The notes below the pieces were generated by a model, which was not told where the DNA came from, made no database searches, and saw only the letters and a list, made by a program, of their open reading frames with translations. The position numbers and the translations under genes were made by a program. Positions 41,200 through 53,460 of a stretch of DNA of 64,000 nucleotides are shown piece after piece; the first letter of the stretch is position 1; every line of letters begins with the position of its first letter. This stretch comes from Lingula anatina (Eukaryota > Animalia > Brachiopoda), in assembly GCA_051362555.1 (NCBI GenBank), contig CM120647.1, forward strand, positions 6,076,001-6,140,000, written 5' to 3'.

Positions 41200-41417
41200 G
41201 CTCTTCTCGATGTGAATGCGGCCTAAAATCCTTACTTATTGATTAAATAGTTTATTTATTTATTTATTCATGATAAGTCTGAAATCCGTCACGAAATATT
41301 CAATAATCTCTTCTCGATGTGAATGCGGCCTAAAATCCTTACTTATTGATTAAATAGTTTATTTATTTATTTATTCATGATAAGTCTGAAATCCGTCACG
41401 AAATATTCAATAATCTT
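41200..41417. repeat. Perfect 108-bp tandem duplication
   Basis: ctcttctcgatgtgaatgcggcctaaaatcc... starts at 41200 and at 41308. Confidence 0.95.
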
Positions 41418-42510
41418 TACCTAAGGAGCTCCAGTCCTCTTTATAAACGTGCTGACAAAGGTTTCTCCACAGGTTGAAATGATTCAAAAGAGGCAAATTA
41501 TCGATTTTGTCTTTCTGATCAGCCTAGAAAACTGAAGGCTAGACAAATTTCTCTGTGGTCTTTTAGATAAGGATGAAAAATGAATAATGTGAGGTCGGGG
41601 TATTGTCTTCCTTAATGATAGGCTAAATACTTAATACTTGTCGTTTCAATGGAAAAATGAATTCCAAACGTTGGATTGCTTTGTTACTGACCGACTGCTA
41701 ACAAGTACTTGACTGCAAAAATTTTGATTGTTATCTCGGATGGCAAAAAGTTTCAGGCTTTCCTGTTGAGATAGCATTGATGGTGACTAGGAGATAAGAA
41801 GCCAAGCTTACCAAATATACAATGGATAATTCCTTTGTGATGAAATCTCAAGAAGTCTGAGACTTCTCTCTAAAAGCATTTGTAAAGCAATCAATTTTCA
41901 GTGTGTCTAAATATGTTGTCAAATTACCAGTTCTGATAGGTTTCTGAGCAGGAATCTTCTCACCATAATCCAACTATTCCAACAGCATAACTTGATCAAG
42001 TTGTACCTCTCAGTTAATTATTTATAATAAGAAGTACAACTCTTTGAAGAAAGCAAAAATGAAATTCTAATTAACCCTGACCTGGATCATCAGCCACCTT
42101 CTGTTGACCTGTCATTTTCGTTAAGTGAACTTTCGAGAAAAAAAATTGACGTGAAATGGAGGTATAATATATGCCTTTAATCAATAAAATTCAATTTAGG
42201 CAATTAATGTAGGGTGATTATTTGTTTGTTTGTTTGTTTTATCTGTGTGAACATTTTTAAGAACAAGAAACAAGATTCAGTGATCACAGTAGAATACAAA
42301 TTTCATGTCTCTAGGAGGACGCGTGTGTCTTGAAAACTAACAGATGTGAAAGATCTATCAGTAGACTGAACAAATTACAAGATTTTACCACCCCGTTTTA
42401 AATTTTACTGGCATTTTTAGTGGGGCCAGCCTAAACATTGAGAGACTGTTAGAGACAGTGAAAGTTTTTTTGTGGTAAAATTCTGTTGAAGAGCAATTTT
42501 CAGTAATAAA

Positions 42511-42660
42511 GGCCGTATTCAGAACAGTGAACTTACTAGTCAGCGGGTCAAATATGGCCGACCCACTTGAATACTTCCCCACGGGGGATCTATTCAGTGT
42601 TTATTACTAGATGGCATGGTTTTTAGTGGGTCGCCATTGTCCACAGTTCTGAATGCGGCC
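42511..42660. mobile_element. PIF/Harbinger-like MITE
   Basis: 15-bp TIR ggccgtattcagaac / gttctgaatgcggcc with A/T flanks. Confidence 0.7.
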
Positions 42661-43239
42661 ATAGCCATCCTCAATACTGGCTTGGCTGAACCCCTGGTAA
42701 AACAGCCCTGTGTAGGAACCCCAGGGTCTCAGGGGGCACGTCTGTTAATGGGCTCTGTTCTGAGATGACTATTGTATTGATATTTCATATCAGTAGGGAC
42801 TTCCTATTTATATCCGTACCACGTCGGAACATCATTTGTCCTGTGGGGCCACTCCTGATCTCGTAGGTTGTTGTCTGGAGTTTCGGCTTTGTGAGTATGC
42901 CAAGCTCAGACCAAATAGATTGGTTATTATTGGATAATTTCTTATTTGTCCTAAATGTTGTGGATGTTTTCTATCTCCCCCTGTCTTTTTTTGCGCTGGT
43001 GGGATTGAATTAAGAGGACACACTGATCGAATAGACTGAGAAATTTGGTCTCCTTTGGGTTTTACACGAATACAGCCACAGTTTGCATATTTGTACATGG
43101 ATGTTTTTTTTTTTTTTTCTTATAAAATATTTCGTTGGCTGTTGGAATGTATCCCCATGACATTTTTAAGCACAATGAAAACAAAAGATATTGATAATAT
43201 TTATGATAATGAATATGATAATAAATATAATAATAATCC

Positions 43240-43270
<31 letters not shown>

Positions 43271-43402
43271 GATTTTTAAAAATTAAACCTTAACTTCATA
43301 GGAACTTGCCCAGCTTTCATTACAGAAGGATTCTCCAATCATCTGTATTTTTGCTATAAATTTATAAGTCAACTGCCATTATATTATACATCTTCAACAT
43401 AG

Positions 43403-43606
<204 letters not shown>

Positions 43607-45944
43607 TAAACTGCTCTCCCCATTTGAGTTCTATCCAAGTTGAGATCAGTTTCGACAGAAAAAACAAACTTTTCACTTGAATTTGTTGTTAATAGGTAAG
43701 TGTTCCTCCCAAAGTTAAAAGAAAAAAAGGAAGAAAGGATCCCTTTAAGTTAAAGGGAGATACGCTAGAGGGACTATTTGATGGGCGTAAAAGAGCTCTC
43801 CCCATTGAGTTTTATCCAAATTGATACCAGTTTTGACAGAAAAAAAAGAAATAAAAAACATTCAGCTCTGATTTGTTGATGGGCATGTACTCCTCCCAAA
43901 GTGATAAAAAAGAAAAAAAAAAAAAATTCCTTGAAGTAATAGAAAAAAAATAGTGCATGAGAGATGATTCGATTTTTACCTGATGTTGAGATTAACTTGA
44001 GAGCCTTACCTGAGATGTTAGATCAGTTTGTGGTAAAAGTAATGGGATGCTCTTTACCTGAACCATCAAGGCATCTTTATGTGGTGAAAACGTGTTTTCT
44101 TTTAAGAAAAAACATAGATGGCATTTGTGGGAAGGAGCACATCATTACGTAATAATGCTTTACGTACTTTCTGGAAGTTATTTTGGTTATTTTCTTATTC
44201 TGGGTGGTAAATACTTAAATAAACATGAATTGAAAAGGTTTTCTTTTGCATCTTGAGATGTGGTATTGATGAGTTTTATGGCAGTTGTAAATGTTTGATA
44301 GTAATATTGATAAGATTTCTTTGGAGGGAGAAAGAAGGTACATGGGGTGTAAGCCAAGCTTTTTATATGACATGATATTCAACTTTTTTTATTGCTTTTT
44401 TGCATTTATTGTTATACTGGAGATAACGCTATGTTACAAAGCAAGTTTTTCATGTGAGAAAATAAGTAGTCTGTTACCTGTAGGGTTATTAAGGTGTTGC
44501 CAAGGGCTTTCTAACTTAAAGTAAAATTTATTTTACCAACAGAAAATAACTAGTGCATCAGCTGTAGGGTTATTTTAGGTATCACCCAAGGATTATACCT
44601 TCAGATATTTTTTTTACCAACATGGTCTGTATAGTTGGTTACATGTGATAAATACTCATTTAATTTAAACATAAAGATCTATAAAACCGAATGGGTGAAC
44701 AATCCTGTTGTCTTTTCTTGACATTAACCATATCCATGTACTGTGCAGAGACCGCATTAGACCGTTACAACTAAACTGTAAACTCCCCCAAGCTAGCCTT
44801 GGCTGTATTTTTTATGCATCTATTTTTCAATTTGCCTACCCAAAATGAATCGACAAAAAGTGCCCTATTCTTATGGTTAACTCGGGTTGCGTGCATGCAC
44901 TTCAGCATTGTTCGTATATTCGGAATAAGACAACCTCGGGGTTAGCTGTAGTTTACCTTTTCAAAACACCGCATTGTCCTCATGAAAAACTTGTAACGAG
45001 GAATAAACTAGTGATATTTCAGTCAACCTTAAGAATGATTTGAATTTTTCTTCAGTCAACAGCTAATATTCAGATAGGTTTTACCTCCAATATTTCGATG
45101 TCTATCAGGACTGAAGAAGACTGACTGAAGAAAAATTCACATCATTCTTATAACTTAACACAGCCGATGAAATTCTTTTCATTCAACCTCGTTTTTGTCC
45201 GTCTATAAAAAGCATTTCGATCATTGAAAACCTATTGTATCTCTGCAGTGTAACACATGATGCTTAAATGTCACTGGGGCATTTTTTTCCCTTTTTTGTG
45301 TGTGAATATAAGGCTTATTTTGTGGTTGATTATTGCATCATATGGACAAGAAAGCACCACATTTGGAGCATGTAGACTGAGCTAGTACATCAGAATTGGA
45401 AATAATGTACCAAGGCCTGAGATTACACTGAAGTTTGATGGGTCAAATACAGAAGATTTTTTCATGCAGAATTTTTTTACGTATAGAAATCCTATAATAA
45501 ATGAAGAATTTAAGAACATCTTTATTTTTATTTATTTATTTATTTTTTATTTATTTTGAAACTTATATCTAACTAAGATGTTTGTTGTTGAAATTGTACT
45601 TTTGTTTTATTGAAGCATTGCAGCAGTCTGATAATATAGCGTCCAAGCTGTATCCAAACTGAAGATAGGTCTTAATTACATTGGAATCTAAACCCCCCCA
45701 CAAATTGGGACTTGAAAATTGAATTTGCAGCCCTGATAGTCTATTGTGCTGTACTCTGAGCTCCATTTTCAAGCGAAGCCATGATAAACAATCCCGAAGG
45801 CACGGAGGGAGAAAATGAAATGATTATTTCATTTATCAGAGATTTAGCATGACATTTGTAGACAGTAAAACAGCAGAGAGATGGAGATATACTCACTGCC
45901 TCTTGTCTGGCCGGGAAGCTGTATTTGAATCTGTATTCAGCTGA

Positions 45945-46270
45945 ATTAAGCAGAAATGAAATGTTATCCACTCTTTTTTGCTCCAGTGCTTTAACTTAGT
46001 GCCTAGAATATGTATACGACAGCAACATGCTGTTAAAATTAGTAGAATTAAACATTGTTATCCATCCTTTTGCCCCAGTGCCTTAACATATTGCCAGTAA
46101 TCTGTATATGACAGTAAGTTGCTGTTAAATTTAGAAGATATAAACAGTTTTATACATTCCCTATGCCCCAGTATATTAACATATTGCCAGGAATCTGTAT
46201 ATATGAGAGCAAGTTACTGCTAAATTTAGTAGAAAAAAGTGTTGTCCCTGCCCAGGAATCTGTATGTCCA
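45945..46270. repeat. ~92-bp degenerate tandem repeat, about 3.5 copies
   Basis: ccagt...ttaac...aatctgtata...gctgttaaa units near 45983, 46075 and 46168. Confidence 0.75.
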
Positions 46271-46896
46271 TCTTTGAGATAAAGAAGTTTTTTAGGTAAG
46301 CAGCCAGCATTTACGTCTTAAGACGAGTTCACATTGGAGGTGGGCAGACCTAACTGTGACCAATTTCAGTAGACTGTTTGGTTATGTTTGCTGCCCATAT
46401 ACGGTGATTACTTGATTTTTTCAATAGGGGAAAATTGTGAATTTTACAGATACTGTATTTTAAAGTCATAATTTATTATTAAAATTAAAACATTCCTATT
46501 GAGTGGTAGCAACAGAATAAAAAATCGGGCTAAAATAAATTCTCTATGCAGCAAAAGCACCACAAATGCTATATTATAGGATAATGTTTGTGTAGATTTT
46601 AAAAATATGTGTTGGGGGTGGTCGGCCCCTGCCTTAGTTGAATTCCACTTTACCAAAAGAACACGATTCAGAGCTGGGCCTCCAAGGACGTGTGTTTTGA
46701 CAGCGCTCCTTGCAAAGTTGAAGGCAGCTTGATGATTTTAGCCTATTGAAAAGATCCAGTCACTACCGTACCTACAAGCTGGTGGGATGTGGTAGTAGTA
46801 ATAGTGATAATAACTAAAAAGGCAAACAGAGAGACTAGACCTCCACCCAATGCCTATCATTTCTCATTATCAATTAATGAATGGATTGTTACGCCA

Positions 46897-47147
46897 GACT
46901 GGGTTCCCATACCTAGATCAATCTAACAGGATCAATCCATCCCCAAGGACTTTCTTGCTAAATATTGCATTCAGCTTAAGTAGCTAAGGTGTCTGGCACG
47001 CCTACTGAAGCTGCTAAACAATAATTAATTACCCCCTAGCAGCTTCAGTAGGTGACAGACATCTAAGCTGCTTAAGTTGATTGCAATTTAGCAAGAATCC
47101 CCTTGGAGATAGATCGAGTCACAGTTAGCACGTCTGAGAATGGTCCC
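46897..47147. mobile_element. Family A MITE copy
   Basis: gactgggttcccatacctagatc ... gaatggtccc|taa, with internal inverted symmetry. Confidence 0.8.
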
Positions 47148-47741
47148 TAAACCTCCACCCAAGGCCCATAGATTCTCATTATCAATTAATGAATAGATAG
47201 CTACCTTAGACTAATCATTTCTAAGTCAGCCCACTTCTGACATGCCCTGAAATTTTTTTTTTTGCAATATCCTTTCATTACTTCGTGAGGAAGGCTGTTG
47301 ACTAATGATTGCAAAAACATAGTATTGCATTCTTGGTGGAGATAATGGTGATTTATTCAGTAAATATGTACAAAATTTACATATAACCTTGGTGTTTCAA
47401 TAGGAAGGATGTAAGAGAGAATAGATTAGGTTACGTACTGAGTTATTATGCTGAGATGATATCAATTAGGCGATGCTGGCCTATTTTCTACAGAACTGAA
47501 CCTTGAAGCATTTTCTTTTGTTGGTCTGAATGACAATGAATTCCAATAATGTGCCTGATTGGGCGGACGGATTATTTTGATTTCATTTTTCAGATGATAA
47601 AGCAATGTCTGCTTTTATTGATATTTAGTTTCAATACACGAATAATGTTGGCAAATAGGGTAGAAAAATGTAAGTATAATTTTGATGTGCACACAAAATC
47701 ATTATTGTTATATTAATCAGATTGACCTTATTTATTTCTAG

Positions 47742-47814
47742 GTCGCTTGAAGAAATTGTCAATCCTCAAAGTTGACCAGAATAGGCTTTTAGTACTCACA
47801 ACACAAATTGGAAA
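47742..47814 (+). CDS. scrib: Scribble exon 8 (LRR)
   Basis: ttctag|(G)RLKKLSILKVDQNRLLVLTTQIG-aa|gtaagt; 73 nt. Confidence 0.95.
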
Positions 47815-47956
47815 GTAAGTAGAAAAATAGGGATGATACAAATAATAGTCAGTGTGCAACTGAAATGTCACAGCAGATATATTGTCACACCCAACATGCT
47901 GTCACAAAAAACACATTAATAATGCTGACATATTTTCACACCTAACACACTGCAAC

Positions 47957-48498
47957 CACCCTGAGCTTCAGAGATAACTTGACACTAACCTCTTCACAAT
48001 AGCCTATCTTCATCGTGTCAAGTTACCTCTGACCACATTCGATTGCCCCCTCCGCCCGCCAATCAAATTTAAAGCCCGCACTCAATGACTCATTGAACGA
48101 TCTAGCCAATGAACGCGAACGAGTCAAAGCGCGCTTTGTTCAAATCCGGACCAATCAAAGATAAGGCTGAATATCAGGGACTTGCCGTAACCTGTGGGCA
48201 GCACGCAAAATACACATCCCTCAGTAGATAATGATGCAGGGCCTCAGAACTACTCGGATGTCTCCGCACTCGAAAATAACTTTGTTGTTAGTATGGAGCT
48301 TGCGGAATCAGCCGAGGATTGCCGATTGACGGTCAACCAATCAGCGTTTTCACCAAACTTTGGTGAAAAATTTTGAAACTTGGATTCAATTGGCTTATAT
48401 AAACTAGGTCAAACTATTTTCGTCAGAGGTAACTTGACACGATGAAGATAGGCTATAGTGAAGAGGTTAGTGTCAAGTTATCTCTGAAGCTCAGGGTG
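47957..48498. mobile_element. 542-bp MITE with 77-bp TIRs and 8-bp TSD
   Basis: TIRs 47957-48033 and 48422-48498 (1 mismatch); TSD actgcaac on both sides. Confidence 0.93.
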
Positions 48499-48802
48499 AC
48501 TGCAACAAAAAACATTCATAATGCTGAGATATCTTGTCACACTGTCACAAAAGATATTACATTCACCAACCAAACTTTAAACTAAGTTAACTGTAGCACC
48601 CATGGTGTTGTGACAACTAACACAATTTCTCATCTATTGCTCTTTAACAAGTGACACTGTCAACAGCAAATTTTATTAATGTACGAAGTGCTTTGCCTAC
48701 CTTTAAGCTTTCTTCAGGATGGTAATATTAGACTTAATATGTCTAATGTAGAATCTTAAATCAGAATGTGATTATTTATGTACCTTTTTTTTTCTTTTGC
48801 AG

Positions 48803-48848
48803 TTGTGAGAGTTTACAAGAACTTATTTTAACAGAAAATCTTTTATCA
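48803..48848 (+). CDS. scrib: Scribble exon 9 (LRR)
   Basis: ttgcag|(N)CESLQELILTENLLS|gtaagt; 46 nt. Confidence 0.95.
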
Positions 48849-49191
48849 GTAAGTGATGATTTTATTGTTTGATTTGAAATCATTTTTGGTAAGTGCTGTT
48901 GAAGAAAAAGTTATTCACATTATTGGTTTAAACATATCCAAGCAGCATTTATGTTTCGATCATTTGATAATTGCACCAATTTCTGTCTCAATACATCAGT
49001 CTCTCTTTTATCATATTTGATGCAGACACCTATATTAGGTATAATATTTTTTCCTTCCAAATGACAACAATATGGCATAGACAATTTTCAGGTAAAGTCC
49101 AGCATGCTCAAAAGTTATTATTGTTGCTTGTTTGTTTCATTCCTACCAAAACATTGTCAGTTTTAATTTACTCTGTCATTCCTTTTTTTAG

Positions 49192-49275
49192 GAACTTCCA
49201 CTTTCATTGGGAAAGTTGAAGAATTTAACGAATCTCAACGTTGACAGGAATAGGTTGACAGAGATGCCCAAAGAG
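49192..49275 (+). CDS. scrib: Scribble exon 10 (LRR)
   Basis: ttttag|ELPLSLGKLKNLTNLNVDRNRLTEMPKE|gtgagt; 84 nt. Confidence 0.95.
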
Positions 49276-49645
49276 GTGAGTTTTAAGGTCAAAACCCTTG
49301 ATAAATTAGAAGCATGTTTGTTTATTCGTTTATTTATTTATTTATTTATTTATTTGTGAACTTTTGACTATTGAGAGGGTTGGAGCACAATATCATTTTA
49401 CATTTTCTTTTCGACTTAATTTTGCCAGCTATTTATCTAAAATGACAAGGAAGAAAATTATTTCAGGTTTGAATCAGACATCTGTTAATTTTTTCCACAT
49501 TACATTTATTTATTTGAGTTTAACAGGCCCCAAGCCCACAGTCATAAGACCACCAAGTTTCCGTCATTCTTTTTTGTTCAATCCAAAAATCATGTCTGTT
49601 AGTGAGCCTAATCATGTATCTAATATCCATGTGACTATTTCTCAG

Positions 49646-49761
49646 GTGGGCAGGTGTTCAAAACTAGGGGTTTTATCCATGAGAGATAACAGAGTGGGTC
49701 GTCTGCCACAGGAAATAGGAAACCTTAAAGACCTGCATGTGCTAGATGTATCTGGAAATCG
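49646..49761 (+). CDS. scrib: Scribble exon 11 (LRR)
   Basis: tctcag|VGRCSKLGVLSMRDNRVGRLPQEIGNLKDLHVLDVSGN-cg|gtgagt; 116 nt. Confidence 0.95.
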
Positions 49762-50165
49762 GTGAGTTATTCTACAGTGTGTAATAAGAAAGTATATAAT
49801 AAAATGGTATGAAATATATAATAATAAGAAGTAAGAAATGTTTTGCTAAGGTTTGTTGATTTTATTAAGCAGACCAGTTATTTATAAAGTAGGGAAGTTA
49901 TGTTTTACTGTAAGACTGTCTTGTAAAGGAATCATCGTATTTCTTGGTATTTGTGTAAATGGTAAAATGACTGAAGAAGGGAAAATATGCTCTTTTCCAT
50001 TCACGAAAACCCACACTTAAACTGAACAGTGTAAAATTATTGAAATAGATTATATTAATGGCTACAGATGGTGTTTAGCAACAGACCAATCGATCTTTCT
50101 TTGGATTCCATGTCCACATGACCTTGATCTTACCTTGACCTCTTGACCTGACCTTGACCTTTCAG

Positions 50166-50338
50166 ATTAGAGTATCTTCCCATCACCATAGCACAGTGTA
50201 ATCTGAAGGCAATATGGATGTCAGAGAATCAAGCTCAGCCCATGTTGAAGTTCCAGACAGACGTGGATGAGGTCACAGGACAGAAAGTGCTCACATGTTT
50301 CTTGTTGCCCCAGCAGGCCTATCACACTGAAAGCATGG
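50166..50338 (+). CDS. scrib: Scribble exon 12 (LAPSD region)
   Basis: tttcag|(R)LEYLPITIAQCNLKAIWMSENQAQPMLKFQTDVDEVTGQKVLTCFLLPQQAYHTESM-g|gtgagt; 173 nt. Confidence 0.95.
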
Positions 50339-50742
50339 GTGAGTGTTGCTCAGTCCAAGTGGAAGTTACACCCAGACTTTCATGGAAGTGAAAGTATAAG
50401 AACATTTTAATTTTCTTGGAAATTTCAACATCTTGCCTTTAAAAAGCAAGATGTACCATATCCAAAAAAGTCCACAAGAGTACGATATATGGATGTTTTT
50501 GAGTTTCTAATTAGTAAAGCCCTCCCTTGTATCTGAAAAATTAGGTATAAAGAGATCAGAAGATAGTATAAAGCCCAATAACTTTTGGGAAATTTTGAAT
50601 CAACTATTCCGTGTATTACTAACAAAACACTGTTGAATAGAAAATTATTGTACATTAATTTTGTTCAAATTTATGAGTTATTTCTGTGTGTGGATCCATC
50701 TTTAGAAAACCTGACAATTTGATTATAAACTGACCATTGCAG

Positions 50743-50876
50743 AGAACCTGTTGAAGGGCAGCGTCCAGACTGAAGATGACCGAAGCCTCAGCTGGATGGA
50801 GAAAACACGTGACAGCGTACGCTTTGCAGGAGAGAGTAGCGAGGAAGAGCCAGAGGAAGAAGATGATGACTCTGAG
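50743..50876 (+). CDS. scrib: Scribble exon 13 (acidic linker)
   Basis: ttgcag|(E)NLLKGSVQTEDDRSLSWMEKTRDSVRFAGESSEEEPEEEDDDSE|gtaagt; 134 nt. Confidence 0.9.
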
Positions 50877-51716
50877 GTAAGTGTATTGAACTAATAACAA
50901 ATACAGTCAGAAAGTTTTCATTTATGATAGATACAGATAACAGTTTGGGGGATCCTAAAATTACAGAGAATTTTTGCAAAGTCTCTCTAGGTTGTAAACA
51001 AGTTATTACAACTGCTTCAGATCATAACAGTCAGGAAACCTAAAGAAAAGTAGTAGAAGTGAATGCAACACAAATCCTGTAAACAAAATGGTGACTATCT
51101 TTGATTTTAAATGTTTCTGCTACAAACACTTTCTCAAGCCAGAAATAGCAAAAATGAAAAATAAAACTTCTTGATAATTAGATAAATCATAAAAGCTTTG
51201 CCTGGGAAAAGCAACCAAATTTTATTATTTAGGCATCATTTTATAGACCCATACTCGTAGACAATGCACCATTGCTTCAACGTACAAACATTGCCTTATT
51301 CCTGTCAGGAAAGTATGTTGACATCTTAGAATAGGGAAGCTTGGACGAGAAAAATGACAAGTGTCTGGAATAGAGTAATATCGTTAAGTAGAAAAAAGAT
51401 ACACGTAATAAGAAGATAATGGATATGTAGATATTAATGTGAAAGGGATGATATTACTACCATAAAAAACGAGATTAAGGCTTGCTGCAGAACAGTCATG
51501 CCTTGTAGAAATTGCGCAATATGGAGAAGCAATGAATCCTCATCAGATTTCAATCAACTCCATTACTGTTCCGACTGAACAAATTTGGAATATTAATTAC
51601 GCAAATTAGACTTATCAGGTTGCAGTCAGACACCATTTTGATAGAGAAAAAAGTCCTTGGAACAGCGACACAATAGAGCTGTGACCCTAAATCTGGTCTA
51701 TAGTTATGAACTATGA

Positions 51717-52246
51717 TTTTGGTGCACTTTGACAAATTAACTTAAATAATGCACCTCTTTTAAAACAGGAACGACATGGCTTATGTTTCAGATTCATATT
51801 GTATTTATTTATTTGTTTATTATTTTGGTGCACTTTGACAAATTAACTTAAATAATGCACCTCTTTTAAAACAGGAACGACATGGCTTATGTTTCAGATT
51901 CATATTGTATTTATTTATTTGTGTATTATTTTGGTGCACTTTGACAAATTAACTTAAATAATGCACCTCTTTTAAAACAGGAACGGCATGGCTTATGTTT
52001 CAGATTCATATTGTATTTATTTATTTGTTTATTATTTTGGTGCACTTTGACAAATTAACTTAAATAATGCACCTCTTTTAAAACAGGAACGACATGGCTT
52101 ATGTTTCAGATTCATTTTGTATTTATTTATTTGTTTATTATTTTGGTGCACTTTGACAAATTAACTTAAATAATGCACCTCTTTTAAAACAGGAACGACA
52201 TGGCTTATGTTTCAGATTCGTATTGTATTTATTTATTTGTTTATTA
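51717..52246. repeat. 106-bp minisatellite, 5 near-identical copies
   Basis: ggtgcactttgac at 51721, 51827, 51933, 52039 and 52145. Confidence 0.97.
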
Positions 52247-52513
52247 TTAATATATTTATTACAATTAATACATATACTAGTAATTATTCTAATAAATGAA
52301 TAAGATAAATAACATTTAAAAGAATAATAAATTCATAAATGTGTCTCTCATGCGCATTTAACCATGGTATGTGTTAAAGGACTTGATGAGGTGAATAACT
52401 TCACTATCTAATCAGTTTTTGAGAGAGCCATGTTGTGGTATAAAAATAAAGCTCCATATATGACAGCAATGTAAATAGACCATAATAAAAAATATTTTGA
52501 TCAACTATTGCAG

Positions 52514-52748
52514 AGCCATTTTGTACGTCACAACACGCCTCACCCGAAGGACTTGAAGGCACGCCACGCCAAACTGTTTGAGGCTGTCACCGTGAAAGGC
52601 AAGATAGACGGTCATATCATTCCGAAGGGAGAGGACAAGAAAAAGGAGGGGTCTTTTGTCCCGCAGCGCGACTCGACGATATCTTGGACTGAGGAGGAAT
52701 TTGAGGCTCCGCGCCCTACTGTGAAATCTCCAACCAAGCCCACAAAAG
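52514..52748 (+). CDS. scrib: Scribble exon 14
   Basis: ttgcag|SHFVRHNTPHPKDLKARHAKLF...SPTKPTK-g|gtgaat; 235 nt; conserved TPHP motif. Confidence 0.92.
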
Positions 52749-53029
52749 GTGAATGTCGCCTTTCTTTATATTTTCTTTCATGATGGATCCTCAGATCACT
52801 ACTGCTTTACTTCTTTACAAATCAGCTGAGAGACATTGTTTGTAAATGTTTTTAATGCTTTAAATAGAATTGAACACCCTTGGTTTAGGGTTTTTAAGTA
52901 CTTTTTTGTTTTGAACTATAATTTTTATCCTAGAAAATGTTTTTGAAAACTTATGAAAATGTATGAGTACTTATCATCTCCATACTAATATCATGATCTT
53001 AAAGCATGTTTCTTTGATAATTTTTCCAT

Positions 53030-53365
53030 TATCATGTCCATTCCACCTCTGTCGAAAATGGAACTGGACAGGTGACTTACGAGTCAGCCAACACATCTTT
53101 TTCACATTTTTTCTGATGTCTTACTTTTAGTTGCCATGAACATTCCACCTTCATTGAAAACTGAACACAAATATGAGAAAAAAAGGCCTCCATAACATTT
53201 TGTAATGTTTTTTGTTGTCTTATTTTAGTTGCCTTGCCCATTCCAACTTTACACATAAAAAGAGGTTTCCATAACATTTTGTAATTTATTTTGATGTCTT
53301 ATTTTTAGTTGCCATGCCCATTCCACCTCCGCTGAAAACTGAACACAAATACGAGAAGAAAGATG
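53030..53365 (+). repeat. Degenerate tandem copies of the exon 15 acceptor and exon start
   Basis: ttttag|ttgcc(a/t)tg..cattcca with AG ending at 53130, 53228 and the real site 53308; a further fragment catgtccattccacct at about 53033. Confidence 0.85.
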
Positions 53366-53460
53366 CGTCCCCCACTTATCACAAGGAGGATAAAAAGGTG
53401 ATCTTCACAGAGGAGAAACCAAGCTCTCCCACAGAACATGTTCCAGCAGAAAAACCCAAG
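53309..53460 (+). CDS. scrib: Scribble exon 15 (linker)
   Basis: ttttag|(V)AMPIPPPLKTEHKYEKKDASPTYHKEDKKVIFTEEKPSSPTEHVPAEKPK|gtatga; 152 nt; supplies the phase 1 to phase 0 transition the frame needs. Confidence 0.85.

Noticed and set aside
49364-49765. 133-aa ORF as an independent gene (likewise 43403, 52508, 55629, 56842, 59095)
   Set aside because: Only the portions between splice sites are Scribble exons; the rest is intron read-through.
50695-50752. Possible acceptor echo before exon 13 (tag|aaaacctg vs cag|agaacctg)
   Set aside because: A match of about 10 nt is too short to separate from chance.
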